NCBI GenBank assembly: GCA_013265495.1
Contig: MU057560.1
Coordinates: 2,912,909 to 2,976,908 of the forward strand
Source: Vicugna vicugna
Lineage: Eukaryota
DNA: 64,000 nt
Reading direction: 5' to 3'
The position numbers were made by a program, and so were the translations under genes. A model generated the notes under the pieces. It ran no database searches. It was given only the letters and a program-made list of their open reading frames with translations, and was not told the origin of the DNA. Below are positions 1-13,088 of the stretch, in pieces; within the stretch, counting starts at the first letter, position 1; every line of letters starts with the position of its first letter.

Positions 1-3000
1 CGGGCTGACCCCAACCCCAGGGCAGTGAACGGAGTGGCTGGCGGCGTTTGCAGGGCCCCTCCCTGGGGGTTGTTGGACACCCCTCACCAGCCCTCCGGGG
101 AGGTGAGAGCCTTCTCCTCGAGAGCCTCTCAGTGCGTGTGAGCTGTGCGCCATGAACCAGGAATGGACAAGTGGAAACCGTTCCGAGGGCGGCTGTGTAC
201 TGGGCCGACTCTCCCACGGTCCTGCTCCCATGGCCTGGAGACCCGCGCAGCATCTAAGGAGTCGGGAGACAGGAGGAAGAACTGACATCCCAGAAGCTGG
301 TGTGAGGGAGACGGAGCCCAGGGGGCACACGCTCCCCGGGGCCGCAGACCCACCCGGACTCCCAGAAATCCCACCCAAGTAGGGCGGCGTGACTGCCCTG
401 GCCGTGGCACCCCCGCCCACACCAGCCACTTCTGCCGCATCCTTTCACCCTTTCTGACCCGGAAGTCTGGAAGGCCACAGCCGCCATCACAGCCACGCTG
501 GGCACGTCCCCTGAGGGCACCTCCCTGCTCAGGGACAAGCTGGAGATGGAGCACACGGGGACTTGTATTCAGAGGACCCGAGACAGACCCCGAAGGGAGG
601 AGTGCGCTTGTCCTCAGAGCATCTCCCCGGGCTCTGCTCCACCTCCCCTGAAACGAACGGAGGAGAGAGCCCCGTTCTTTGCACCAGGACTTCTGTGTGA
701 AAAGCAGAGTTGCCTGTTCAAAACTAGTGTTTTCCGTCACAAGAAGATCTTAACACCTCTAGTCATCCGAGTTCAGAAGGAGGGCAGTGGTGCCAGGACT
801 CACAGAGACCCGAGCCTGGAAGATGGAGTCGTGTGACGAAGTGCAGCCCGCGGTGGACTGAGTGCGTCCTGAGTGGTGCAGCGCGTGTGGGGGCCTGACG
901 ACTGAGCGGCACACACGTGAAGGGACTGCTTATGCACTTTCTTACGACAAGTGTTTCTGGTGGTTGTTAGAACTGCAAATAACTGCAGTAAGAGCAGACG
1001 AGCCCGGGTGGGAGTTATGCAAACTACCCATTGCCAAGGGAGTTAAAAGCAAGGCAGTCTGGTGGAGAAAGCATTTTTAATCCCCTTCAGAATGACCAGA
1101 TTTTGCAGCTTAATACCTGTAGCCTGGTGCCTGGTAAAGTACAGACCCGCCTAGGGCTGTGCCACCCTGAACACGCCCGACCCCCTCTGACCACAAACCA
1201 CAGAGCAGCTTCAAAAATCTATGTGGTGTGAGAGCTTGTATTTTGCTTGCAGTAATTGGTTAGAAAATGCATATTTAAAAAGCTTCATAGTTCCTGTGAG
1301 AGGCACGTTTTGCCTGGAGTGCGTACACCCACGTGCGTACTCCGCGTGTGTGTATGATGTACATAAAGTTGTTTTTCTGTCACGTGGCTGTATGTGAGCA
1401 TGCAAATGGTCACATTTCTGTGAGGCAGGAGCGTTCAGGTGCGTCTCCTCACCCCCAAGCCAGCTCTGGAGGCCTCTCGCCGCATCAACTACCAACATCA
1501 TAAATATGTCACAGCTGAGCGACTTCTCACCTGCCACGTGAAGACAGCGCTGTCCTAGGGCGTCGGGAGAGGAGGGCTCTCGTGTGTATTTGAGGAGGAG
1601 TGAGAAGTCTCTAGCTTTTGGTTTGCGTGCATTTTCTCACACATTGGTCCCGGGGGCAGAGGTGTCACTGGCAAGATCACGAATCCTTAGGCAGCCTGCT
1701 TCTCGGTTCCTCCTGTCAGCCTGAATCGCCGTAACTCCAGGTCGTAGGCCTGGTGCAGCCGCAGGGCTCGACGGCATCGCTGCGAGGTAAGCGTGGCTGC
1801 AGTGCTAAGCACTGCCCCGGTGCTACGTGCCACCGCAGCGTTCAGTGCTGCTCAGCACTCAGCGTCCTGCAGTGCTGAGGACCACAGCCGTCCTCAGCAG
1901 CTCTCAGGGTCAGGCACCCACCTCACGACAAAGCGGAGCAACCCCTCGCTAATGACGCGGTCATCACTGCTGCCTCGGTGTTGAATCTCTTCGTCTGGAC
2001 TAAACACAGACCAAGTGCTCTGTGTTGCTCTGTTACTGTTCAATGTGACCAGCACCTTTCTGACCCAGAGTGCTGGTGTCGACTAGTAAATATTCAGAAA
2101 GGACAAGTCGAAAGTAGTGTGCTGTCGCAGTCTAAATGCACAAGGGGCGCACTTCCGGCCGTCCCCTCCCTGGATGTGTTCTATGAGCCGCTGCAAGAGT
2201 GATGGCCAAGAGGCGGCGAGCGCTAGGAACACAGAGCGTCGCGATGGCCTCGGGAGAAGGACTTTTTCTGACTTATGTTCACTTCTGGGGGCCTGGCCCA
2301 CAGAAGACCACTCACTTAGCGGGTGGGAGGTCCGGTTGTGTGCTGACCTCCTACCTGTCGCTGACTCTCTCTGGCCTTGGTCTCTTCCTTTTCTGGGTGA
2401 AGAGGTGGATGGAGTGAGTGAGCACTGAAGCTCCTGTCTCCTCCGGAACCTGCCGTTCTGAGGATGCTGTCTTGGTGCTGTCTCCTGGCGCCTGGGTAAT
2501 CACCAGTTGACCACGTCAGGAGCCCTTGTTAACCATCTGAGATTTTTAGCTCTAATAGAAAGAGCCAAAATGTGTTTACTGAGCAGTTTAATTTGCCTAT
2601 CTCACTGCCAAGAGGCAAATTGGCTGTCGGGGTCATTTTATCCAACAGTCTCAATGTTCTCAACCTTCTAGTCTTAGAAGTGGCAGGCGAGCACATGCTG
2701 TTCTGCAGACGGAGAGGAGGCAGTAAGCGTTTCATTGAAAGTCAGGTGCTGGTGGAGCCAAAGCTGAGGGCCAGGAGGCTCTGGAAGAATCATCAGTGGC
2801 ATCAGCCAACAGAAAGCAACGCACTGAACGCCCCTCCTTCCCTGACACGGCGGGGACTTAGAATAACTACCCTGCTCGTCCTCAAAGAAGAGGAGGACTC
2901 AGGCAAACCGAGATGATGTGATGTGCACACGTGAAAAGTCAAGAACAGTAGAAAGAGGTTTACAAAATGGGTGCAAAATATCAAATGGCACCGAGTTCTC

Positions 3001-3929
3001 AAAGACCAGAGGCTGGGTTCCAGACTGACGGGGAATGGCCGTGGAGAAGGTCGTACTGGAGGTGGGTCTGGAAGGGCCAGCACGAGGGGCCCCAGGCCAG
3101 TGGATGCAGAATTGTAGGGTGAGGAGGACGGGAAATGGGTGAGCACAGCGCAGGCTAAATGAGGGCTGGTGGTGGGATCTGAGGGTACAAAGGAAGGACA
3201 TGGCCAAATGTTCCAAGTTCTTAAAAAGCGAGTGGATGATGTCAGAGTTCAAGACACAGCTGAGCACACTTATTAGCCAGCACTGCCTTGGAGACAGACC
3301 CCAAATGACAGCAAAGAGTCTGATTCTTGAAGGCAAAAGGGCACTGGGAAAACAATGGGAGAGGAGGGAGCACCCAAATTTTGGAAGCGGGCAGAGAGAG
3401 TTGAATGCCGTCCTATCTATCAGGTCCCCCGCCCCCAAGAAGCTGCATCTCCGGGGGTACTGAGGACACTGGGGAGGCAGCTGATGTTGCTCCAGGACCA
3501 CCTATGGCCCCGGGGGTTTCTGAATTGCTAGGGACCACGGATCGGAAAGCTGGAAAGCTGGAAAGCTGGGTTTACATTTCTGTGGAAAGCAGACACGCCG
3601 TCCACCGCTGTCTAGAGAGAACAGAGCACAGGGCTTATCGTGGGGGTCACCGGACAGCGGAGGGCACATGGGGGCTTCCTGGGCATCTGTGCCCTGAGTG
3701 CAGAGACCCTGGGCGTCTCCCGCACTGGATTCCAAGCATGCTCTCTGCCAGGACTGCACCGCTCCCCTCCACTGGGAGCTTGAAACAGCCTTTTCTAGGC
3801 AATCTGACCAATCCAAGAGGGAAAGCGAATGCCCCATGGTGTGTTATCTGCAGAGCGGCCCCATCAGATCGCCACACCTGACGCTTACAGCAACCCAGAC
3901 AGCGTGCCTGAGTGTGAGCAGACACGGAA

Positions 3930-5340
3930 AATGCCTCTGAGATGGAAACAATACACAGAAAAACAACTTGGAGAAATAGGTTGTGTACAGAAGAGACCTT
4001 AAAAAATTACAATAGTATTGTCAGAGAGATGGGAAGATAGTTTGCTTAGAAAGCAACATGAGCTCTAAGAAATTTAGAAACATCAAAGATAGTAAGAAAT
4101 AGAACCTCAAGGGGAGGTTTGAAGATGAAACTGAAGAAGCCTCCTAGCTAGAAGGCCACAACTGTGGGAAAATGGGAGGAAAAAGACAGGGCAGTAAAGG
4201 AGCCAGCCCGGAAGCACAGCGTCCGAATAGCAGCCATCCAGAAAAAGGACGAGAGCAAGTTAGGGGGGACACCGCAAGGAGCAATTCAAAACATTTCCCT
4301 GAACTGCCTTTCCAGGTCAGCGCGGCCCGCCCAGTGTCCCCAGGAGGTGAAGACCCCCCCGCAGGAGAAGCCTCAGAGCCTAGCGACAAAGGTCCTGCGA
4401 GCTTCAGGGAGAAGGAGAAAGCTGGGTTTCGTACAAAAGATCAAAAATCATAACAGTGTTGGACTTTTGACACAATCGCAAGAAACTGGAACACAAAAAA
4501 GAAAACAGCTTACGTTCTGAGGGGAAATGCTCCGCAGTTTTGACTTACAACTGCAGACAAACCAGCAGTCCAGCGTGAAGTTAGAACAGAGGCGTTTTCA
4601 GTCGTGCAAGGTCTCAGCAATGTCCCCTCAGCGTACCCTTCCTCAGCGAGCTCCGGGAGCGTGTGCTTCACCCTAATGGAAGGCCCGGAGGAAAAGAGCC
4701 CTTGGTCTCACAGGGAGACCCCAGCCGGGAGGAGGGACGGCATTCTTGGGAAGGTGGTGGGCATTCCAGAGGGACCGAGACATGGGTAGCCCAGATGACT
4801 GCTGGAATGCCTAATGGATCTGAACTTGGGCAGAGTTTTATACACCTGGGGAGAGTTTGGGAATCAAATACATAGAAATGCAGAAAACTCAGAATGTGTC
4901 AATACAGGGACAACTAAGTTATGCAGGAAAGAAAAGAACTGTAGTGCGTTTCCTGGCTCTGCCACTCTGTCGCCCTGGCATCATGTCGAACGTGAGCCCC
5001 GCACTGAACAAGATCGCAGTCCAGCCACGTGGGAATTTCACGGCGCTGATGATGCACTTGTTTACTTGGGCGGTGGGTGGCGGGAATCTCTGATGCGAAG
5101 GGTGAACTTCCTTTGGCAAGAAGGCAGTAGGAAATGCCTGAAGCTAGGGTATCAAGACATAAGAACACAACCCCTTGTTAGAGACAAAGGAGTGGAAACC
5201 AAAAGAGTGACCAGAATTCTGATGATGGTTCCTGTGGGGAACGGACATCCATTGAGGGTGAGATCTGGGGAGCTGCGGCTTTCCAGCTGGATGCCTCTTC
5301 AAACTGCGTGCAAATAAAAGCTAATTTAAAAAGCAAACAG
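3930..5340 (+). mobile_element. Degraded ancient L1-type ORF1 remnant (HAL1/L1M-like)
   Basis: Purine-rich segment with motifs resembling L1 ORF1 coding sequence (aaacatttccctgaactg, gagcttcagggagaagg, tacgttctgaggggaaatg, ggcgttttcagtcgtgcaaggtctc); frames are broken. Boundaries are approximate and the family is from recalled consensus. Confidence 0.5.
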
Positions 5341-5892
5341 AGGAGGGTGACTACGATTCAGTGTCGAGGAGCTATTGAGGAAACCTGAATAGAGAGTGGA
5401 CGTGATCTAAGTTGTGATTCAAGAAACTGGCTTGATTTCAAGCAGGGCAACTGCCGTGGGAGGAGAAAGGTTGAGAAAAGTCTGCCAGGAGGAAACGGGG
5501 TTGGGGCTTGAGAGCCAGGAGGGGCAGCAGAAGGCGCACCTGTCCGATCTTCATCCTGCAGCCCCAGCCGTCCGCAGCCTCCAGAGCTGCCCGCTGCCTT
5601 CCCTGCACCTCGGCTCCCCGCACCCCTCCAGTGGCTCCCTTCCCTCCAAGGGGTGTTCCCTGAAGGGGGCGTCAATCAGACTGAGTTGAATCATGAAAGA
5701 CAGTTCGATTCGAGGTAACCTTTGGGACCAGACCCATGTCCTCATTCCGGAGGTGCTTCGGGAAAGGAGTATAATTGTGAAAGTCCTAAGTATCTCCCAC
5801 TGAGTGTGGGCTTTTGAGGCAAACTCAAGGGTAGGGTTGTTAGGGATGCATGGCTGAAATAGAGAAGCACCTCTGGGAGGCAGGGTGAGCAC

Positions 5893-6146
5893 TGGTGCTG
5901 CTGATGGTGCTGGTGCTGGTGATTCAGGTTGTGCCGGTGCTGCAGGTGGTACCGGTGCTCCAGGTGGTTCTGGTGCTGGTGATTCAGGTGGTGCCGGTGC
6001 TGCAGGTGGTGTCGGTGCTCCAGGTGGTGCTGGTGCTAGTGATTCAGGTGGTGCCGGTGCTACAGGTGGTACCAGTGTTGCCGGTGCTCCAGGTGGTGCT
6101 GCCAGTGCTCTGGGTGATGCTGGTGCTGCTGGCGCTCTGGTTGGTG
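5893..6146. repeat. Minisatellite with a 60-bp period built from GGT/GCT-like triplets
   Basis: Near-identical 60-mers start at 5911, 5971 and 6031 (tggtgctggtgattcaggtggtgccggtgctgcaggtggt...), with degenerate flanks. Confidence 0.9.
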
Positions 6147-7069
6147 CTCCCCTCACACAGTGTTGCTTTTAGCTGAACTCTTTCTGCTTTAAAGGAACAG
6201 AGACACACAGGCTATCATAGGTGAAAAGAAAAGGGAGAGGGGATATTGTAAGGATTTTGAGAATTATTTTAAAAATACAAGAGACCACCTCAGCAGCCAG
6301 AGAACTAAAACTCCTGGAAAGCTAGTTGGGAAACAGTGCCGGCTCCTGTATGTCTCCATCCACGCTCCCCAGGGATGCAGGAACCCGCCAGGCTGCTGTC
6401 TTTCCTGGGGAAAGTCTTCTTGAGTTGAAATAGATTACACAGTGATTATTTTATGTTTTATTTGAATCTTGAAGTTGCCATTCAAGGCAGTAAATACTGA
6501 ATAACAGGCTATATCATTGAAAATGATAAAAGAAGAAAAGCATAAAGCATATCTCTGCCTTCCGGAAACAGATTTTTTTTTAATTCTCTGAACAGTAAAG
6601 TCAAGAAATATTTTTTAAAATTTTTCATTGAGCATCTTACAACATTGGAACATTTATGTCACATTTAATTTAAAAATACACACTTTTCAAATCAGTCTGA
6701 CTTTTGTTTACAATAGTCTGCAGAGAATAGAAGAACAAAATTAAGGAAATATGTCAATATATATTTTAAACTGAATTGGTTTTATTAATATACATGTTGT
6801 TGAAGAGGTATCACAGAGGAGTCTGGAATTCTAGCTATTTAATTCAGTGAATTACATTACGTCTGAAGTTTTTTAAATGCCTTTATATATTCTAAAGACA
6901 TGTAGGAATAACCCTTTAAAAGTTCAGTGGTGACAAGAGATGTCAATTGTACATAAGACGGGAGGAGGGATAAAATAAGAAAAAGAGAATTCAAATTTCT
7001 GAAGCACCGCCTACATGCTGGTCACCAGGTGTTTCACATGGACTGTGTTTTGCATTGGCTGCCAACAGT

Positions 7070-7165
7070 CTGAAATAGGCATTACTGTGTCCATCTTGCA
7101 GATGGGGAAACTGAGGCTGGTAGGAATTAAATAAGTTGCCCAAAGTTAAATAGCCGTGTAACTCT
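7070..7165 (-). mobile_element. MIR SINE fragment
   Basis: ccatcttgcagatggggaaactgaggctggtaggaattaaataagttgcccaaagt matches the MIR core in antisense. Confidence 0.8.
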
Positions 7166-9510
7166 GAGAAAGTTGCTGCACTCTGCACTCTCAGCAGAGT
7201 CACATCTGTGTTTCCGTGGTTGTGAGGAGTCTACAGGCGCCCCACCTGTGTGATCCTCTGACCCTCTTCCGTCTGTGTGGACACGGCCCATCCTTCCAGG
7301 CAGGGTTCAAAACCCCGCTCACAGTGTGACATCTGTCCTGGCCCAGGTCCCTCTTCTCCCCACTCCTGTGGCCTTCTGTGTCCTCTGAGTGCCGCCCCGT
7401 CCCGTGTTCACACCCACTCCAGCCAGGCTGGGAGACCCAGGGACAAGCCCTGTGCTCGGGCCTCCTCCAAGCCCCGGGATACTTAGCGCCTCCTCCGGGC
7501 CCCGCGCCTCCTTCCCTCGGCCCCTCCTCCCCCCTTTCCTGAATCCGGTGTCCGAAGCCCTCTCCCCCTCCCTCTCCACTCTTTCCAGGAAGCCAGCTCC
7601 ATCCCACGGTGCACTGGCCACCCCTCTCTGAGGCCAGCCCCTCTAGCGGTCATGGACACTGGGATACCTTAGGTGTAACCCACCCCGATCAGCCTGGTCT
7701 GTCTGCCTCTCTCCCACCAAAGATCCTCCACAACACCCCGAGTCTTCTGCATCTCCGTATCCATGGATACGACCCCGTCTCCCCCCCATCTCCCCCGCTG
7801 CAGCCATGGTCAAGGGTGCTTACGGGGCAAGTCCAGCCAGGCTGGTCAACTCCTCAGGGGCTTCCCACCGCCCCCCTTAGGATGGCCACCTCCATTTGCA
7901 GACCGTACCTCACTGTCCCACCGACACGGTCACACTCACACGGCTCTCTCTCTGTCTCCCTGTCTCTCTCTCTCTCTTTGTCTTTCTGTGTCTCTCTCCT
8001 GTCCACCCGTATTGGTTCCTCTGTGCAGCTTTTCCGATCCTCCACCCTCTCCACCACGGTAACTCTCTGTCCCGTCCCATGAGGTAGGGGCGGGTCAGCA
8101 CTGCTCAGTGGAATGTTTCTCGAACAAACAAATCAATCTGTTCATCCAGCAGAGGCTCGGAGCGCCTCCTCCCCATACAACAGACAGTCGGGACGCAAAT
8201 GCGCTCCAGCTTTAATGGGCCCTCCCTGAAGCCCAGTGAGATAGGGCAGCTGCTCCCCGTTAGGGATCAGGCAGCCAAGACACAGGGGGCGGGGGTTCAG
8301 ATGCCTCGTTCAGACTTACTCGGGCTTGAGGTTTTCAGCAAGTTACTCAGAGTCTCGGCCCAGAAGTGGGCGTCCGTCTCACAGGGTCGCTGTAGGGTCC
8401 AGACCCCTAAGACGTGAGGAAACAGCAGGCGCATAGCGCGTGCTCTGAGCGTGCTGCTGTGGCTGACGGGGAGCAGCACTCGGGGCCCCAGGCTCACGTC
8501 CGCGCCTCATTCCTGCTGCGCCCCGTGCTTGTGCACCCTCGGCTCAGCCGGGGCTGTCGAGGCAGCACGAGACACATACCGCCACCAGAGACCCCGGGGC
8601 TCCCCCTCGGCGGGGCCGGGCCGGGCCGGCCCACGGCCGCTCCTGCCAGACCCTCCGCCCGGCCACGCGCCACCAAACTTGGTTTTCCATTTCTGAGACC
8701 CTGTCCCCTGGATTAAAATCGGATGAGGGACAGGTCAAGCATTTAAAATAGCATGGAAACTGGCCTTGAGAGCTTGGAATACACTGAGATGTGTGGTGGC
8801 TGCGCCAGCTCCGGGGCAAGTAGCCACTTTTCTAGAACAACCTGATACGAAAGGCCGAAGCTGGTTGAAGTCAGGTCAACACCAGAAGACCTGTGAAGGC
8901 CACGGCAGCTAAGGGGCGCGCCGTGGCATCCGCGAACAGCGTGGGGCTGGGGCTCCCAGCGGCCACGGAGGAGCCTGGGGCTTGCCTGCGGTGCCACTTG
9001 TCACTTTGACTAACTCAAGCTCGAGGGACGAGCTACCGAGACCCTTGGAGTCAGCATACTTGCCGAGGCTTCGAAGTTCTGACTGTGTGAGAAAAATGCA
9101 AAATGCATTCACTGTCACATTTGGATGGTGTGTGTTGTATAAGATGGTGAGAATGTCGGAGAGGGGGCCTGAAACAGTCTGTCAACACCTCGCAGACCCC
9201 GGCCCGGCACCCGGGCCCACCGCAGCCCGGAGGTGGGCAGAGGCTGCGGCCATACCTCCTGAGCGCCCTGGAAGCGTCTCGTGTGCAGGGGTCTCGTTTG
9301 CCCCGCGCTGCCCTGGTCCTGCAGGGACGGCGAAGACTAATTCTGCTGTGGTTGTGCAGGGTGCACGCCCTGGAGTGGCTGGGCCGGAAGACTGCGCTTT
9401 CGTGAAGTCACATTTTTGGAATCTTGAGCTGCCCCCAGAGCTCAGCCCACCCCCGGCCCCCTCACCTTCCTCCCTCAGCATCCAGTGTCCTCATTGCACA
9501 GGTGTTTATC

Positions 9511-9668
9511 CAGCTCCTGCCATGTCCAGTGTGGTGGCCACTAGCCACGTGTGCTGTTGTACCCTTGACATGTAACTGGGACATCTGAGGAATTAATTTT
9601 CAACTTTCCTTTAATTGTGTTAAATAACTACGTATGACCAGTGGCTACTCCGTTGGGTCCTGCAGCTC
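9511..9668. mobile_element. MER3-like hAT DNA transposon remnant
   Basis: tgtccagtgtggtggccactagccacgtgtg...ctgaggaattaattttc...gtggctactccgttgg follows the recalled MER3 layout. Confidence 0.7.
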
Positions 9669-12600
9669 GAAAATACAGCCATCGGTTGAACACGGGGCAT
9701 TTTCTTAATCTCGGAAGGAGAAAGACTGTCAGCCATAGTCACACGAGGACGTGACAAGTGCTCTCATTCTGATAAACAGGCAAAACTGTGGTTTGGCCCT
9801 TCAACAAAGATCACGGAGGGGCCTCAGACGCAAGGCTCCAAGAGCCGCCCTGGGAGACGCGCAGCCGGCGGAGGCCTGGCGACAGTCTTGAGAAGCATAA
9901 TTGAGGAAGGGGACGTGGACATGACTTCCAAACCGCAAGTGGGGCCTGGACCCTCCCGCGAGTGGGAGACATAGATGAAGGGCCCACCGCGGCACCTGCC
10001 GAGTTCTGCAGCTGGGGTGTCCCTCGGCACCGGGATCTCTGCTTTTCCTAAGACTCACTCCAGGGACGCCCCAGGCTGCGGGCTGTGTTGTTGTCAAGGA
10101 AGATGCGTGTGTGTTGATAGACGTGAAGCCGGTGTGAAGCAGTGGCTTTTCCCGCCCCTGGACCGCCAGCACCTGCCAGGGGCTAGGGGTGGAACAGAGG
10201 TGCTACCCACCCAGGTGGGCACATTCTCTCCCGCCGGCCACCCCACCAACGGACACGATCTGCACACGTGTGGGCTTAGGAGGAGCCACGCTCCCCAAGT
10301 GCACGTCCCAGAATCGCCTCCTGGGGCTTCACTCTGAAATATTCCAAACCATTCGGTCTTGTAGATCAGGAGGTGTCTGTGGATCTGAGCAGGGTCTTGC
10401 CCCACGAGCTGTTTGACACAGGCAGAGTGACCTCTGTCCAGTGGGCTTGAATTTTGTTGTCGAGTTTAAAGGGGGCGCCGGACACTTGCAGCCGGTAGAA
10501 ACGGATCACCCAGAGGAGGGGCCTGGCGGGACTTGGCTGCGGCTGGTGTGCAGTCTCATTTGCAGTTCACGTCGGAAGCTGCGGAGACAGCCTGAGAGCA
10601 TCAGCTGCGTGAGCGGGCCCGAGAGACGCCCGAAGTCCGAGGCCAGCTAATCCCAAAAAGTTGGGGAAAAAATGAGTGTGAGTGGTTTACACAGCGTAGT
10701 GTAAGAAAGGAAAACTAGCCCCAGTTAGGACAGAAGGACGGCCTCCGTGCTCCCGCTCGCAGCTCTGGGCACCGCCTCAGCCGCCGTGAGGTTCTGGGCA
10801 GCTGAGTGCGGTGAGCGAGAGGAGAAGGGGCCGGGCCGGAGCCCACCCTGGCGCTGCGCTTGTACCGTCGCGGACGGTTCCCAGGGCCGAGCGGGGCAGG
10901 GGCTGTGCTGAGTGAGCTCCCAGCACAAAGCCAGCTGTCCCACGCCGTGTCCTGGCAATCTGGGTGAATCTGGTGGCTGAGACAGGACTGCTCATCCGCC
11001 CCTGGGCTGCCTGAGGGGCGGGTGGCTCGGTGCAGAACAGACGCAGCAAACAAGCTACTGATAAGCCGAGAGGAGACAGGAGATGCGGAAGGTCCCACCG
11101 CTGTGCTGAGCTGCAGGGTCGTGGGCAGCAGTGCTGTTGTTAGGCCTACTAACTCATGACTCGGACAAACACCGAGTGGCGGCGTCAAGCACACCCACTC
11201 CCACCCGGGGCCGTGCCTGAGAAGCCCGGCTGGTGGAGAAGCCAGACCTGGCTACTTGTCGGTTCAGCGAGATGGAGCGGCCGTGGGGGGCCCAGTTTAG
11301 CACCTGGAGTCTTTGTGATTCTTGACGCAGACCCTCCCCCAGCCCGCGTGAACGTGCGCACGACGGAAGTCGCAGCTGTCTGTTCACTTCCTGTTGGAAA
11401 CTCTCCGTAGACCAGCACTTAAACAAGAAAACTCTTCCGTTCTTCTCTAATTACAATGAGCGTTACTCCCGTCTTGCTTATTACGTTTTTGAGAGACGGT
11501 GGCTTCCCAAAGGCGGAAGGCCCATCGCCCTGGCGTTTCCGGGGTGGAGGCCCTGCCCGCGTCTCCGCCTCAGGCCCCTCGACTCTGCCTGTACCACACC
11601 TTGCCGTCACCTTCCTGACATGCAGACGTGACTGTGTCACTGATTGCTGGAAAGAGCTCAAGTCACTCCCTGCTTCCTGCATAAAACCTGGAGTCCCGTG
11701 ATTAGTCCCACCCCACGTGGTTCTCGCCACCCCCCACGCTCCCACCCCACGTGGCTGTCGCCCCCTACACACACTCACTCCCAGACGCCCTGCCCTGTTC
11801 ATCACCGTCAAGACCCACCTCCAGCGTGGTCTCTTCCTGGGGACCCGCCAGCCCCTCGACGGGCTGCCCCTCTTTGTGATGACGTGACGCCCTGCGGGTG
11901 TGTTTGTCCTGGTGTCGCCACACTCTGCTCGCTCAGCAACCACCGACTGAGTGCCGGTGACTGGCCGCGGATCGGGTGCAGCGAGGGGAGTGGTCCTGAG
12001 AGGCTCCGAGCGGAATCACCGACACATCTAAGCCCCCGGGACCATAAGTGCCCTGAACTGCGGATCTCTGTCTCTCCCTCTGACTCTGCACAGCACAGGC
12101 TCCGGCCCAGAGGAGGCTCCCAGAACAGACACACTCTGGGGCCCGAGCCGGGCAGGGCCTCCCCCTCCAGGCCCAAAGGGAGCCGTCTGGCCTGCAGGGG
12201 CCCCCGACGTGCTCGGTCAGTGAGGGCGCTCACACGGCTCACTGCAGACAGCGGAGCAGCTGCCCGCAGTGCTGTTGCGTCTGTGCCCACCATTCCCGGC
12301 AGTGCGAATACACAGACAGACAGAGAGACAGACAGGGTTTCTGGGGAGAAAAGAATTATAATCGGCAACAAAGCCTTGGAAAACTGTCCTTTCTCAAAGA
12401 AAGGTTGTGAACTCCGCTGTAAGGGTCTTACTCAGGCCTGGGCCAATTTCAGGGAGATTCAGTGCTGACTGCCAAGTGTCCCGAGTCTGCTGCCTGTGGT
12501 GCCGGGCGGGGCTGACGTGGGACTGACAGGTTGTGCAGAGCGTGAGCTGTGCACTTACTCTCATGAGCAGACGTGTACGGTGAGTGGGCCATCATGTCTA

Positions 12601-13088
12601 CGGATACAGTTTTATCCCCGGAGGATTCAGATCCAGTACATCCAAAGCCTTTCCACAGCGTGTATATGCTTTTCCTATTTCACATGAATGTCCACGTGTT
12701 GATGTAGTCTGCATGGACTAACCCTTAGTTTAAAGCGTGTGTTTGTCAGACGTTAATAAGCCTGTGCGGTCGGCCGCACGGTGTGTAAGTGCTTCCCAAG
12801 CCGTCCTCGGGGACACAGTCAGGGTCTCCGTGTTACCATGTGGAATGGTAGTCATAGGGACTAGGCGATGAGGCAGAGCGCTGGTAGTGAGCAGACAGGT
12901 GCCAGCTGCACGTCCCTGTCACTGCGCTCCTGGCCGGGCACCGCGTGCGCACGAGGGCCTGGCGCGCCTCCATCTCCCGGCGCCTGCGCGGATGGCGTCC
13001 GTGCCCACGCTTAGCGCTCTTCGCCTGGGCTCCTACTGCCCTGATGCCCAAGGCAGTAACACAGATCCTCTTTCTCTCTTTCCAACAG

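Noticed and set aside
2590-2621. 9-bp inverted repeat aatttgcct/aggcaaatt as a possible miRNA hairpin or terminator
   Set aside because: Too short for a pre-miRNA; bacterial-type terminators and CRISPR arrays do not apply to this mammalian locus.
5551-6172. Pro/Ala-rich and silk-like Gly/Ala-rich ORFs
   Set aside because: Produced by the triplet-phased minisatellite; no promoter, splice or homology support seen.
11644-12468. 274-aa plus-strand ORF
   Set aside because: No domain, no relation to MYT1L and no exon-like boundaries.
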